NCBI RefSeq assembly: GCF_009914755.1 | Contig: NC_060929.1 | Strand: one strand, 5' to 3' | Origin: the human T2T-CHM13v2.0 reference genome, Homo sapiens | DNA length: 64,000 nt | Shown here: positions 35,601 through 51,479 of the stretch, piece after piece | How the letters are laid out: each line of letters starts with the position of its first letter | How positions within the stretch are numbered: the stretch's first letter is position 1 | Notes under the pieces: generated by a model | What the model was told of the DNA's origin: nothing | The model's input: the letters and a program-made list of their open reading frames with translations, nothing else | The model's database searches: none | Position numbers and translations under genes: made by a program

Positions 35601-37164
35601 AAGGGAAAATGTTTTTCTATCAACACTAACATTGTCATAAGTTAAAGATGGTCAGATTTCTGTTTTAGAAGAAATACTCTAAGGTCACTGTATTTATCAT
35701 AACATTACTTAAGATAACTCAAGTTTAAAATCAACAACATAATTACCACTTCAAGTTCTTTCACAGATATAATAATAGTCAGAGGAAGACCTTGTATTGA
35801 GATTAGAAGGAATTTAGAAAGGATCAACCATAATAGACTGTATAAAATTAAATGGTCATGTATTGTTGGACATGTCATACATTGTATGCATCATTTAGTT
35901 GAAATATAGTTGATACGATTTTAATTTATTTTGTGTTCATATTAAATTACCTCTAATCAAAGTTATCTATTTTATATTTAAGAATATATGAAACAACTTA
36001 TAACAGGCTTTTTAGCTTCCAGTTACATTTTTCTAATCAATTCTGCAGTTCTGCCCAAGCCTTCTTCCAGAAGTACAATTAGATCATATTAATCCCTGGC
36101 TCAAAAAATAATCAATGAAGTCCTATTGCCTACAGAATTAAACTCTCACTTTTTGGGATCAGATTTTATCTGGTCTCAACCTCAATTTCCAAAAACATGC
36201 TCCATCTTTATTTTGCTCATGCTGTTCCAGCAGAATAATCAAATAAGAAAATGTTCACATATCATAAATGATAAATTGTTCAGCTTAGTTAGGCAGGGTT
36301 CTTTAAACTCTGCTTTGAGTAAAATTACCAAGTACCTCACACTACATGGAGGTGGGTTTGCGGGGGTAAATATTAAGAATAACGAAAAGGGTATCAGGCA
36401 GAAATTCACATCTGCCACCTAGTTCTACTAAGTGAAGAACATAGTGGGTTTTTTTTCTTTTTTTCACTTATGCCCTTACCTCCATCTTTATAAATTTTTG
36501 TCTACATTCTGCTTCAAACACTAACTGCTTACCTTGTGTGTGTCTATTTATATACAAAAGATGTCTCTTTAATAGAAAAAATGTTGATTTTTTTTAGACC
36601 TGTTTCTTCCTACCTTCAATATAGAGTTTCCTTCCAATTATATATAAAGCTGGAGCTTTATAACTTAGCTATCAAAATGAGGATGTACAGGTTTACATCT
36701 CCATGAAATTCAGGCTAAAAATAATCTGCTGACTTGCTTCAGAAAACAACAAGAGTTTTATCTCTGCATAAATATAGCTATCAATAAAAAATTATCCAAC
36801 AGAAATCTAAATCTGGGGCTGGTTTCACAATACTACCACATGAAACAAAACATTTATCAACATACCATGAAAACCATAAAACTAAGATTATTGGACATAA
36901 CAAGCATGAAACTATCAAAACTACCATGTAAGTATGCTTCCAAGCCTAAAGCACATGGGCATCCCATGGCAACCAACACTTTTAACAAATAAGCTCAAAG
37001 TCAAAATGCGAAAATTTAATGAGTTAGTGATCTCCTTTGAGACAGAGTTTAGAAGATGGAATAAAGTAGATAATTTCTACTCAAACAATAAAAATAACAT
37101 TAGAACATGAAATTTACCCAAAATAATACAATATTTTAATATGTAAAGAATAAAATTAATGATT

Positions 37165-37720
37165 TAACAAGTTGTGTTACATTCATACTATGTAATATCA
37201 CTCAGCAATAAAAACAGACAGTTACCAATATACACTGCAATTTGAATGGATCTCAATCTAACTCTACTTAGTGATTAAAATCAACCTCAAGTTTACTTAC
37301 TATATGATTCAATTAATTTAACATTCTTAAAATAACAAAATTATAGAAATAAAGAATATAGTAGTTGCTTCCAGGGTTTAGGGAGGGGAGATGAAAGGAG
37401 GTAACTATGTCTAAAATGGGTAGTATGAAGAATCCCTGTGATGGAAATGTTCTGTGTATTGACTGTGGTAGTCGTCACACATATTTACATGTGATAAACT
37501 TGCATAGAACTCAATACACACATAGACAAGTACATGTAAAACTAGTTAAATCTAAATAAGGTTGAAGTTTTATTCATAATTGTTTGTGATGCATAATGTT
37601 TGTAATATTGTATTATTGCTATATAATATTTTACCATTGGAGGGAACTCGGTGAAATGTATGTAGAATCTCTCTGTATTATTTCTTGCAACTAAATATGT
37701 ATCTATAATTGTCTAAAAAC
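37165..37720 (+). mobile_element. L1MD-type 3' end
   Basis: gatggaaatgttctgtgtattgactgtggt...ttaccattggagggaactcggtgaa..atctctctgtattatttcttgcaact. Confidence 0.75.
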
Positions 37721-37858
37721 TTTTTCAAGTTTTTAAAATTCAAGAAGACAAAGAGCGTCTGGAATATAATGTTCAAACTGCTAAGTATACATCCTGAAAA
37801 TAAAAAAAAAATGTTAAAGTAGAAAAAGAAAACATTTTTCAGATTTAGTACTGTTGTA

Positions 37859-37951
37859 CTAAGTTGGTGAAAAAGTAATTGTGGTTCTTGCCATCACTTT
37901 TAATGGCAAAATGTGATGGCAAGAACTTCAATTACTTTTGCACCAACCTAA
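37859..37951. mobile_element. MADE1 (Hsmar1-derived palindromic MITE), 93 bp with a 13-bp internal gain
   Basis: TIRs aagttggtgaaaaagtaattg / caattacttttgcaccaacctaa. TA target duplication at 37857-58 and 37952-53. Confidence 0.95.
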
Positions 37952-38059
37952 TAAATCTTAATCCACCTACTTCTGTTCCTAAAGGCCATATTGAAAAACA
38001 AGTTGAATGGAAAAATAATAAAAACAATAAAAACCCTCAAAAAACATATTAATTGAAAT

Positions 38060-40565
38060 AACAAGGCAGACTTGGACTAGAGGCCCACCCCAGTGACAAG
38101 AAAGCTCCCACACCTCCAGGCTCCAGGTCAGTCCCTTCAGCACCAGGCTCTAGGCCTACTTCTGCGGACGCAGGCTCCAGGCACATTCCTGTGCCAGGCC
38201 AGGCTCCATAGACTGTCTCAAGGCCCACCCCAACACCAGATCAGCTCCTGTGAACCCAAACTTCAGACTACCTCCTGTAGACCCAGGATCCAGGCCTGCA
38301 ACGATAGACCCAGGCATCATTTTACACAGTAGACACATATTACAGGACTGGCCCATGGACCTAGTTAACAGGCCAGTTCCTCATAAGCCCAGGCGTCAGA
38401 TATGTTCACCTACTGACCAAGACACCAGGCCAGGCTGCTTATTGACTCCAGCAGCAAGCCCACTTGTGGACTTCACAAACACCACCAGACAGCTGCCTAG
38501 AATCTCCTGACAGGCTGACTGATGAAGGGTTTTTACTGCTGAAGGGTTTTTACCGCTGAAGCCAGCTTCTAAAGACTAGAAAAAGTTCTTCAAATGTGTG
38601 GATACCAACACCAGTCTGCAACAATCAGTTAATTAGGGAAGCATAAGAAAACAAAAGAAAAGAAATAAAATAAAGCACGAGTAACTGACTATAAAGAAAT
38701 GGAGGTCTATAATCTGCCTGACAAAGAATTCAAAATAATTGTCCTAAAGCCAACACAATGAGATGCAGTACAACACAGAAAGACAACTAAACAATGTCAG
38801 GGAAATAATACATGAACAAAATTAAAAGTTCAACAAATAGAAACCATAAAAATGAATAAAATTCTGGAGTTGAAGAATATAACAGAAAAATTCAATAGAG
38901 AAATTGAACAGCAGACTCAATTAGACAAGGGTCAATCAGTGACCTTGAATACACATCATTTGAAATTACTCAGAAGAACAAACAGAAAAATCTATGGAAA
39001 AGAATAATGAAAACCTATGGAATTTATGGCACACCATCAAGCAAAACAGTATACACATTTGAAGGTCCCAGAAAGACCAGAGAAAAAGAAGGTGGAAGAA
39101 AGATATTTAAAGAAATAATGACAGAAAATTCCCCAAATCTGGAGAAAGAACACCCAGAAAAAACATCTGAAAACCCAGATCCATGAAACCCAAAAAATTT
39201 CAAATAAGTTAAACATGGAGACATCTTTACCAGGATATATCATAATCAAATTCTCAAAAGTCGAAGACAAACAGAGATATTTAAAAGCAGTGCAAAAAAA
39301 GCAACTCATCAAATACAAAGCAACCTTTAACGGACTATAAGAAAAATCTTTGAGGCAAAAAATAACAAGTATTGGTGAGAATGTGGATAAAAAGGAAGCC
39401 TGGTATATTGTGAATGAGAATGTATAATGATACAACTATAATGGAAAATATGATGGAGTTTCCTCAAAAAAATAAACATAGACTAATTATATTAACTAAA
39501 CTTTATTTAATTAGTTAAATTTTAAAGTTTAATTTACAATTAAAAATAGAATCACATCAATTTATATCAAATAATACACAACATCTAGAGAAACAGCTCT
39601 TCTATCCTACAGTTACCAACATGCTGGGGCATCCCCTCAAATGAAACAACAAGCTCTTACATCTTCCAGCTCCTATCAGTCAGACAGAGGCACACGACTT
39701 GGTAGGTCTGTTTGGGCTTTATAGACAGTTCACATCACAAAAGGAAAAATTACTTCAATTTATTTGCTGAGTGATCTGAAATGCAAGACTTATGCGGCAT
39801 CCAGACAATAACATAGTGCTACAACAAGTTCAAGCTCTAATGTAGACCATATTGCCTCAAACTAGTGGAATGATCCAACAATTTCACTTCTTGGTATAAA
39901 TCCAAGGAAAATAAGTATCTCAAAGAGATATCCAAATTCTCATGTTTATGACAGTATTATGCACATTAGCCAATAAATGAAATCAGCCTGTGCCCACTGC
40001 TGAATGTATTTCAAAAATATGGTATGTATATAAATGGAATATTATTCAGCCTTAAAAAATGCCATCATTTGTGATAACATGGATGGACCTTGAGGATATT
40101 ATGCTATGTAAATAAGCCAGGCGCAGAATGACATATGCCGCATTGTCTCACTTACGTGTGCATTCTAAAAAAACTAACAAAGGCAGACACTAGTGGTTTA
40201 CAGATGCTGGGAATGAGAATTTAGGGGTGGGAAAAATGGAAGATGTTGGTCAAAGAGTAGAATGTTTCAGTTATGCAGAATAAATAAGTTATGGATATTT
40301 AATATATAGCATGATGATTACAGTTAATAATACTGTATTGTCCACTAGTTAAGAGTAGTTCTTAAATAGTGTATTGTCCATTTGTTAAGAGTAGTTCTTA
40401 AAATTTCTCACCACACGTGCAGAAAAAGGTAGCTATGTGAGATAATGAATATGTTAATTAGTTTCATTACGGTAATCATTCTCAGTGTCATATGTGTATC
40501 AAAACACCACATTGTACAATTTAAATACATTTAACTTTTGTTTGTCAATTACAACTCAATGAAGA
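38060..40565 (+). mobile_element. L1MA/L1MB-type element: 5' region and ORF1 (38060-39350) joined directly to a 3' end (39355-40565), with most of ORF2 missing
   Basis: C-rich ccaggctccagg 5' repeats. ORF1 motifs ctgcctgacaaagaattcaaaata and gaaataatgacagaaaattccccaaatctg. 3' end catggatggaccttgaggatattatgcta..tttgtcaattacaactcaat. Confidence 0.8.
39580..39880 (+). mobile_element. ERVL pol fragment embedded in the L1 3' end
   Basis: 39687-39728 translates EAHDLVGLFGLYRQ, similar to the ERVL pol motif EAQRLVGLFGFWRQ. Confidence 0.65.
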
Positions 40566-40799
40566 TGACAGTGGGGAGATTTCATGGCAGGAAGAAAAGA
40601 GAAAATTAAGAGATCTTTCTGCCAGTAACTGATTCAAAAAATCCAACTTATCAAGTACTAATAATCTAAAGAAAAGATGTCTTACATATGCATGTAAGAA
40701 TTATCTACATAATTTTTTAAAAAATAAAGCATTATCTTCTCCCTCCAAGAAAAGAAGCACACAATAAATTTTATCCGGAAATAGAGGAATATTGTGTTA

Positions 40800-44066
<3,267 letters not shown>

Positions 44067-44316
44067 GCAAATATGATGAAACAACCCAAAGGAAACACAG
44101 TAACTCAAATAGGCTATCAACTGGAGGTGGTGTCCAGAATATAAAAGATGTGAAACAGAAATTGGAAGAATTTAGAAAGTAAATTGAAGGTAAAATTACT
44201 TCTGAAATAACGATTAAATTACAAAAACATAAGAGAAAAGCTCATAGAATGTAGTCAGAAAAACAAAACCACAAAGAAATAAAGGAATACCTAAAAGTAT
44301 TCAGATAGAATCTAAT

Positions 44317-46270
44317 TGTTACAGATGCTGCTGGTACCTTCTCCATTCCCTTTGTTCTTTACTTTCAACTACCAACATCCCTGTTGCTGTTGCTGAAAGC
44401 TTTTCTTTTTAAGTTTCTGAAGGTTTCCTAGCCTATACACATAGTAAGCTTCAAGTTCGAGAAATATATTAGCCCCGAATTACACTTGATGGGGTGTAGT
44501 AACACAATTACTTCACTTTAACATGTGATGATAAACTGGGATATAACACATGTTATATCAGATTCCACAGATGTTATATCCCAGAATATTATCACATGTG
44601 AGAGTGAGAGGATTGTTTATGGAATATCTCTAGTAATTGTGACATATGGGAACAATGACAATTCTAAGAAATATGTAGTTGGTCATTTGTTATTGAGTAC
44701 GATTGAAGCCCTGATGAAAGAAAATAATAAGCTCAGGCCAGCCAGCTATCAACTCAAACATGGTGTGGAAGTCAAATAGCCTTTATCACCCTATAAGGAG
44801 ACCCTGACCTTCTGCATCTAAAGGTAAGTCTGCTAAAATGCTCAAGTCCTGAGTATAAGAATAGAAATGCTACAAATAAGGCTTAATGTAGAGCACCATT
44901 ATATCTCTTATGATAAAGTCAGAGCAATGATATACTAGATAAACACCAAGGGCTAAATTTTAATACAGAATAACTTCAGAAGCATTGTTCTTGATCCAGG
45001 AGGTAAGAGACTATTTTTTAAAAAACTGCAATAACTGGCTAGTAAGGAGTGAATGATACTAGGGTAACATGCGTGGAAAATAATTTTCGATATGGCAGAC
45101 CAAAAGAACGGTGTGATAGTGGACTTCTTTCCATTCCCAGTATTAAGCATCCTGGCAGGGATATCTGAGACAATAATGGCCCATGGTAAAATAGAGATTC
45201 TGCCATTGCTTTGACATAATAGTGAGTGATAGGTTCAGAGATAAAAGGTATGTTAGAACAGATTTATTACATAAGACTAACTCAATATACTATGTTTCTA
45301 GAAGAACCTCAAGAACCTCATTGCACTGAAGTAATAAAGAATGTGCCAGTGAGAGGAAAAACTTGATTTAATAGTGTCAATGGTAAATACAGGGTTCTGG
45401 AATAGCAGATACCTATTAACTACAATTAACTATGAAAGATAAGGAGGATATTATTAGTGTAAAGAACTTGGCAGAAACTTTGCACAGTATGTTTTCTACC
45501 ACTGAGTCCTCTAATACCATGGAATTGTTTGAGGCAATATGGTCTTATTGGCAGGTTACTTATATTAGAGCTTGAGCTTGTTGTAGCACTATGTTATAAA
45601 CTGGATGCCACTTAAGTCTGGTAGCCTTTCAAGTTACTCAGCAAATAAGTTGAAGCAATTTTGTAATGTTTCTTTTTGTGATGTACACTGTCTATAAAAC
45701 CCAAACAGGCCTACCAAGTCATGTGCCTCTTTATTGATGGTAGGAACTGGAAGATGCAACTGCTTGTTCTTTCCTTTGAGGAGATGCCCCAGCATGTTGG
45801 CTCCATTGGATTAACTATAGGATAGAACAGCTGTTTCCAGAGATGTTGTATATTCTTTGAACTAATTATAGGGTGGTACGTCCCTGATCAGTGTAATGCT
45901 TGTGTCTTCAACCCAGAGTTGAAAGGAAAAGAGTCCTTGCTCATCATTCTTCCTTGTGATTTACCTGAGAAATATAAGCTTCCCTTTCTCCTAATTTTTG
46001 AAACCAATGAACCTCTCCTGGTTCTCAGAGAGGGATAATTCTTCTATCAGAAGACATGGTAGGGGTTCCACTAAACTTATGTTGAAAGTGATCTCCCAGT
46101 CATATTGAGCTTCTTATAACAGTAGATCAGGAGTAGAAGAAAGAAGTTATTATGCTTACAAATGTTATTGACCTTGGTTATTATGAGACTAGGATTGCTG
46201 CTACCTGTTGAAGGTAGAGAGAAGTATCATGGCATTTGAAAGATCTGGTGGTGTGCCTGTTGGTGCTTTC
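44317..46270 (+). mobile_element. Ancient ERVL remnant: LTR33/LTR16-like LTR piece followed by deleted internal (gag/pol) sequence
   Basis: LTR-like start tgttacagatgctgctggtacc. ERVL internal motifs gaaagaaaataataagctcagg and attgaccttggttattatgagactaggattgctgcta. Confidence 0.6.
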
Positions 46271-46394
46271 ATGTACAATAAAACTTTTAATTAATTATAA
46301 ATGTTATTTAAAAACTTCAAGTAGCTATTTATGAAGAAAAAAACAGAAGTGTTTAACTATGCAGAGATTATTAACAAGTATACATCACTTAAGA

Positions 46395-46760
46395 TGCATG
46401 CACCTGCAAGTAATATAATCCTCTCACTAGTACTGGTTTAAACAATAAAGAGATTATGTATTTGCTATAACAAAAGCCTAGAGGTAGGCAGTTACAGGGT
46501 TGTTTCAATAAGTCCATAATATCATATCACTACATCTATGGGATGTAACTACATCTACGGGATTTTCTTTTAATCACTTATTTCTGCCTAGTGGTTACAA
46601 CATAGTCAATTTGGGCCTAAATATCACATCCTTATATTATCTGGCACATGAAGCAGTAGAGAAGAGGCAGAATCTAAAATCTTTCTTACTGTGAGGCATT
46701 ATCTTTACCATGCACCACCTCAACAAGCTTTCCTGACTACCCTATTAGTGAGAAAAATAC
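46395..46760 (-). mobile_element. Old MLT1 (K/L-like) LTR fragment
   Basis: ctggtttaaacaataaagagatt..tataacaaaagcctagaggtaggcagttacaggg. Confidence 0.55.
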
Positions 46761-49104
46761 TAATAAGATAGATTCCATATACCTTTCACTTTTAAACTAA
46801 ATCACATACGAAAATTGACTTTTCAAGTAACTACTAGTTTTGATTTGGAATACACAAAGGGTATGTCTTTGACAACTAGAATAAAAATGGTCTAGTTGAG
46901 AAAAATAAAATTTGTTTCTCTTTCAATCTAAAATATTTTGAACATGGTCTTACTAATGAAAAATTATGACACTAAAGGAAATAAAAATTTATTAATATAA
47001 ATTATATATATGATAAGGCTAAACATAAATAAGATGTTTATGGACAAAAGAAATTAAAGAATGGTTTTACTAATGGGTCTCTTTTGTTTATTTTTAAATT
47101 AAGCAATGAAACAGTCATTTTATTAGCTGAGCATCATCACTTGTAAGTAGTACATGGTTGTGTGCCCTAATTATCAGATGTTATTAGAACTTTAAAGATA
47201 AGATTATGCATATATATGTAATTTATGCAGAACAAATATAAAAATAAATCTATAATGAATGTTTACAACATCATCATATTTGATTTATTTAATATACACT
47301 TAAAGTGAAAGCTTTTTAATTGCTGCTTCTCCAAGTAGATTAGCTCTTCAAACAAACTAATGGAAAAAGTCTTGAGGTTTTATTTATGTCTATATTTTTG
47401 ACTAATTAAGACACTCCCTTTATTAAATTCCATGTGTAATAGTTGAAGCAATGCTAAAGCAACAAAGTCATTTCTGCTATTAAATGTAAAGTTTCTAGCC
47501 TAAGTATCTGCCTAATTTTACTTTACACATTTAAAAAAATAGCTACTAGCAGCTTTCAATCAATGCCTCCCTGCTCTTTTTCAAAATACACGTTTGAGCT
47601 TTTATACCATGATACATGGAATGGTATAGACTGCCATCAAGTTAAAATGGATTCTAAATGCTCCAATGAAGACTATGAATTTTACTTTATAAGTAATTGT
47701 GGGAATTTATAAGAAATTACAATGATTCATCCAATTTACTCATTTAATGAAAATGTATGTTGTATAAGTAGATACTGTAGTATAGGTAAACATAAATAAT
47801 GAATTTCTAAAACACATACTTTTTCACTGTAACATATAGTTCAAACGGAGTTTCATTATTTCTGATAGAAGCTATGCAAATAATATGACTTTCCTCAAAG
47901 TATATGTCTCCTAATATCACTAAAAGAATGTTCAAGTTAAAAAAAAATCATCGCATTTCTAAATTGCTGGCAGCATAATTTTAGAAAGCATTTTCAAAAT
48001 ATGATTTAAAAATTAACTTAAAAGCTGCTTAGAGATTTTAAAGTATTGTTTTCTATAACCTATGAATCTGGTCCTTCATGTCATCTGCCTGAGGAAAAAT
48101 TATAAAAGAGAAAATTAATATTGCTTATAGTAAATCTCAGATTTGGGAGATGACCAAGATGGCCCTTCGATTTTGTGAAGTTCAGCATGCTAGTGATCAC
48201 TCCTTTGATCTTTTCAGCTTCTGCTTCAGTTTATAGTTTCCTTGAAAGCTATATTTGTGCAAACTCTATTTTTGTCTGCCTACCAAAATTCTATCATAAA
48301 AGGTCCAATTCCATCCCTAGAGAATAACTCTATACTGAAATATTACTTCTTTGAATTTCTAAATGACCTATTTTTTATTTATGTATCTGATACTTGCTGA
48401 TTCATACATGCCAAGGGAGTATTTCACAGCTTAAAGACCTCGGGGAAAACATGTATAGAGCAGAACAGACTTCTATCATTGTTGGAATTCATATAGCCTC
48501 AAAGGATAGATTAGGTGGCATAACATGAGAAGTAAAGAAAAGGATCTGGAAGAGGTAATCCACATATTGTACTGTGATTTTCCTTTATAATGGTTTGAGT
48601 AAAGCCTTGCTCATTCAGATGTAGAGTAGCAAATGATCACTCCGCTTAATGAAGAAAATGTCTATGTTTAGATTATGTTGGAATTTTATTTCTGAATGAT
48701 CCATGACAAAATATTATGGGAATGTAAACTTAGGTACATAACGATTACACACTTAGAAAGCATACAATTAAATCATTTGAACTATGAAGAAAAAGCTAGA
48801 CCTTTTTAAGTACAGCACCTATCCAAATGTTTAAAAATTAAAAGTACCACATGAGAAATTATGGTTTTCAGATGAAAATAAAATAAATCTCTTACCTCTT
48901 TATATATTTAAATACACATGCTTCCCGTCTGTCTTTGACCACAAATACTGTAGACTACTGCAATGGGCAATAAATTACATAATTAAGGCCATTTATCTAC
49001 CTTGTCTAGCTAATATCTGAAACTGTTAAAAACTCATTGTATTTGAGCTTCTACACTTGAATCTCTTTCAATGATATAAATATGTATATGTATTACAAGT
49101 AAAT

Positions 49105-49773
49105 CATTTTTGAAATAAAATATACAACATAAAAGTACACAAATTATGAATTCATAACTTAATAAATTTTTGCCAACTGAACATATTCATCTACCCGGTA
49201 CACAGATCAAGAAATTTAGTATATATATTTTTTAATTTATTTATTTGTTTATTTATTTATTATTATACTTTAAGTTTTAGGGTACATGTGCACAATGTGC
49301 AGGTTAGTTACATATGTATACATGTGCCATGCTGGTGCGCTGCACCCACTAAATTTAGTATATTGAATATTATCACCATATCTGAAGTTTCCCACTTACT
49401 CATTTCCAGTTACTAATCCCAAGAGGCAATCACTCTACTGATTTCTATCAACATAGATTGGTTTTTCTAGATTTTTCCCTGTATATAAATGAAAATATAC
49501 ATTATGTACTCTTTTGTGTTTGTTTTTTTGTGTGTGTGTCAGTATTATCTTTGTTAGTTTTATCTATGTTGTAGTATATGGCAATACTTGGTTCGTTTCC
49601 ATTATTCCATAGTATTCCATCTATAGTATTCTCTGTAACATTCAATCCTATTAAAATTTTACCCATCTTTATCCATTCTGTTGCTGACAAAAATTCAGTC
49701 ATTTGCAAATGTTGGTATTACAATAGTAGTGCTATAAACAATTTTGTATACTTTTGTTATGCATCTATATGTT

Positions 49774-49821
<48 letters not shown>

Positions 49822-50010
49822 TTTGCATTGGGTTATAAATAGGAGTAAAATTAAAATTTGGGGGCTGTATGTTATACTTAACTTCAACTTTGTTAGATAT
49901 TGCCAGTTTTCTAAAGTAGTCATGACAACTTTCTACTTAACCAGCAACGTATAAGTGTAAAAATTGTTTTATATCTTGCTAATTATTGGTATTATAAGTC
50001 TATTTTTAGA
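49105..50010 (-). mobile_element. L1ME-type 3' fragment (host of the tiny L1PA2)
   Basis: aaaagtacacaaattat..., caatcactctactgatttctatcaacatagatt and agatattgccagttttctaaagt. Confidence 0.65.
49225..49352 (-). mobile_element. Very short L1PA2-type insertion (~95 nt of 3'UTR plus tail)
   Basis: Young diagnostics ggttagttac and gctggtgcgctgcacccactaa. Perfect TSD aaatttagtatat (49212-24, 49351-63). Confidence 0.92.
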
Positions 50011-50117
50011 TATTTTGGTGTGTGTGTGTATATATATACATGCATGTATGTATATGAATACATGAATACATATACATATATGAATAAAAACTCAATAAAT
50101 ATTTTATATGTATTTTC

Positions 50118-51347
50118 TTTTTTTATTATACTTTAAGTTCTAGGGTACATGTGCACAACGTGCAGGTTTGTTACATATGTATACATGTGCCATGTTGGTG
50201 TGCTGCACCCATTAACTCATCACTTACATTAGGTATATCTCCTAATGCTATCCCTCCCCCCTCCCCCCACCCCACAACAGGCCCCAGTGTGTGATGTTCC
50301 CCACCCTGTTTCCAAGTGTCCTCATTGTTCAATCCCCACCTATGAGTGAGAACATGAGGTATTTGGTTTTTTGTTCCTGCGACAGTTTACTCAGAATGAT
50401 GGTTTCCAGCTTCATCTATGTCCCTACAAAGGACATGAATCATCCTTTTTTACGGCTGCATAGTATTCCATGGTGTATATGTTCCACATTTTCTTAATCC
50501 AGTCTATCACTGATGGATATTTGGGTTGGTTCCAAGTCTTTGCTACTGTGAATAGTGCTGCAATAAACATATGTGTGCATGTGTCTTTATAGCAGCATGA
50601 TTTATAATCCTTTGGGTATATAACCAGTAATGGGATGGCTGTGTCAAATGGTATTTCTAGTTCTAGATCCTTGAGGAGTCACCACACTGTCTTCCACAAC
50701 GGTTGAACCAGTTTACAGTCCCACCAACAGTGTAAAACCTTTCCTGTTTTTAAAGGATGTGGACACCCTCTCCAACACCTCTTGTTTCCTGACTTTTTAA
50801 CAATCACCATTCTAACTGGTGTGAGACGGTATCTCATTGTGGTTTTGATTTGCATTTCTCTGATGGCCAGGGAAGATGAGCATTTTTTCACGTGTCTGTT
50901 GGCTGCATAAATGTCTTCTTTTGAGAAGTGTCTGTTCATATGCTTCACACACTTTTTGATGGGGTTGTTTTTTTCTTGTACATTTGTTTGAGTTCTTTGT
51001 AGATTCTGGATATTAGCCATTTGTCAGATGAGTAGATTGCAAAAATGTTCTCCCATTCTGTAGGTTGCCTGTTCACTCTGATGGTAGTTTCTTTTGCTGT
51101 GCAGAAGCTCTTTAATTAGATCCCATTTGTCAATTTTGGCTTTTGTTGCCATTGCTCTTGGTGTTTTAGACATGAAGTCCTTGTCCATGCCTATGTCCTG
51201 AATGGTATTGCCTAGGTTTTCTTCTAGGGTTTTTATGGTTTTAGGTCTAACATTTAAGTCTTTAATCCATCTTGAATTAATTTTTGTATAAGGTGTAAGG
51301 AAGGGATCCAGTTTCAGCTTTCTCCATATGGCTAGCCAGCTTTCCCA
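50118..51347 (-). mobile_element. L1PA5-type 3' fragment, 1.2 kb
   Basis: taagttctagggtacatgtgcacaacgtgcagg..tacattaggtatatctcc. TSD attt(t/c)atat(g/a)tattttc (50101-17, 51348-64). Confidence 0.95.
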
Positions 51348-51479
51348 ATTTCATATATATTTTCAAAAACACCTTTACAACTTTTCTATGTGAAGTCAAT
51401 GAATAGTCATAATTTCTATCTATCAACAATTAAAATGTAATAAAACAAAAAATACAACTGTAAAATTATTAAAATTTCA

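Noticed and set aside
35574-35640. Plus-strand acceptor (ttgttttcag) followed by a short open frame YDCGEYQIKRENVFLSTLTLS*
   Set aside because: No recognisable protein, no supporting upstream exon, and expected by chance.
38090-38510. GC-richer patch with recurring ccaggc motifs, possibly a promoter or repeat array
   Set aside because: It is CpG-poor, irregularly spaced and directly upstream of L1 ORF1, so it matches an old L1 5' region. There is no CRISPR-like repeat-spacer periodicity.
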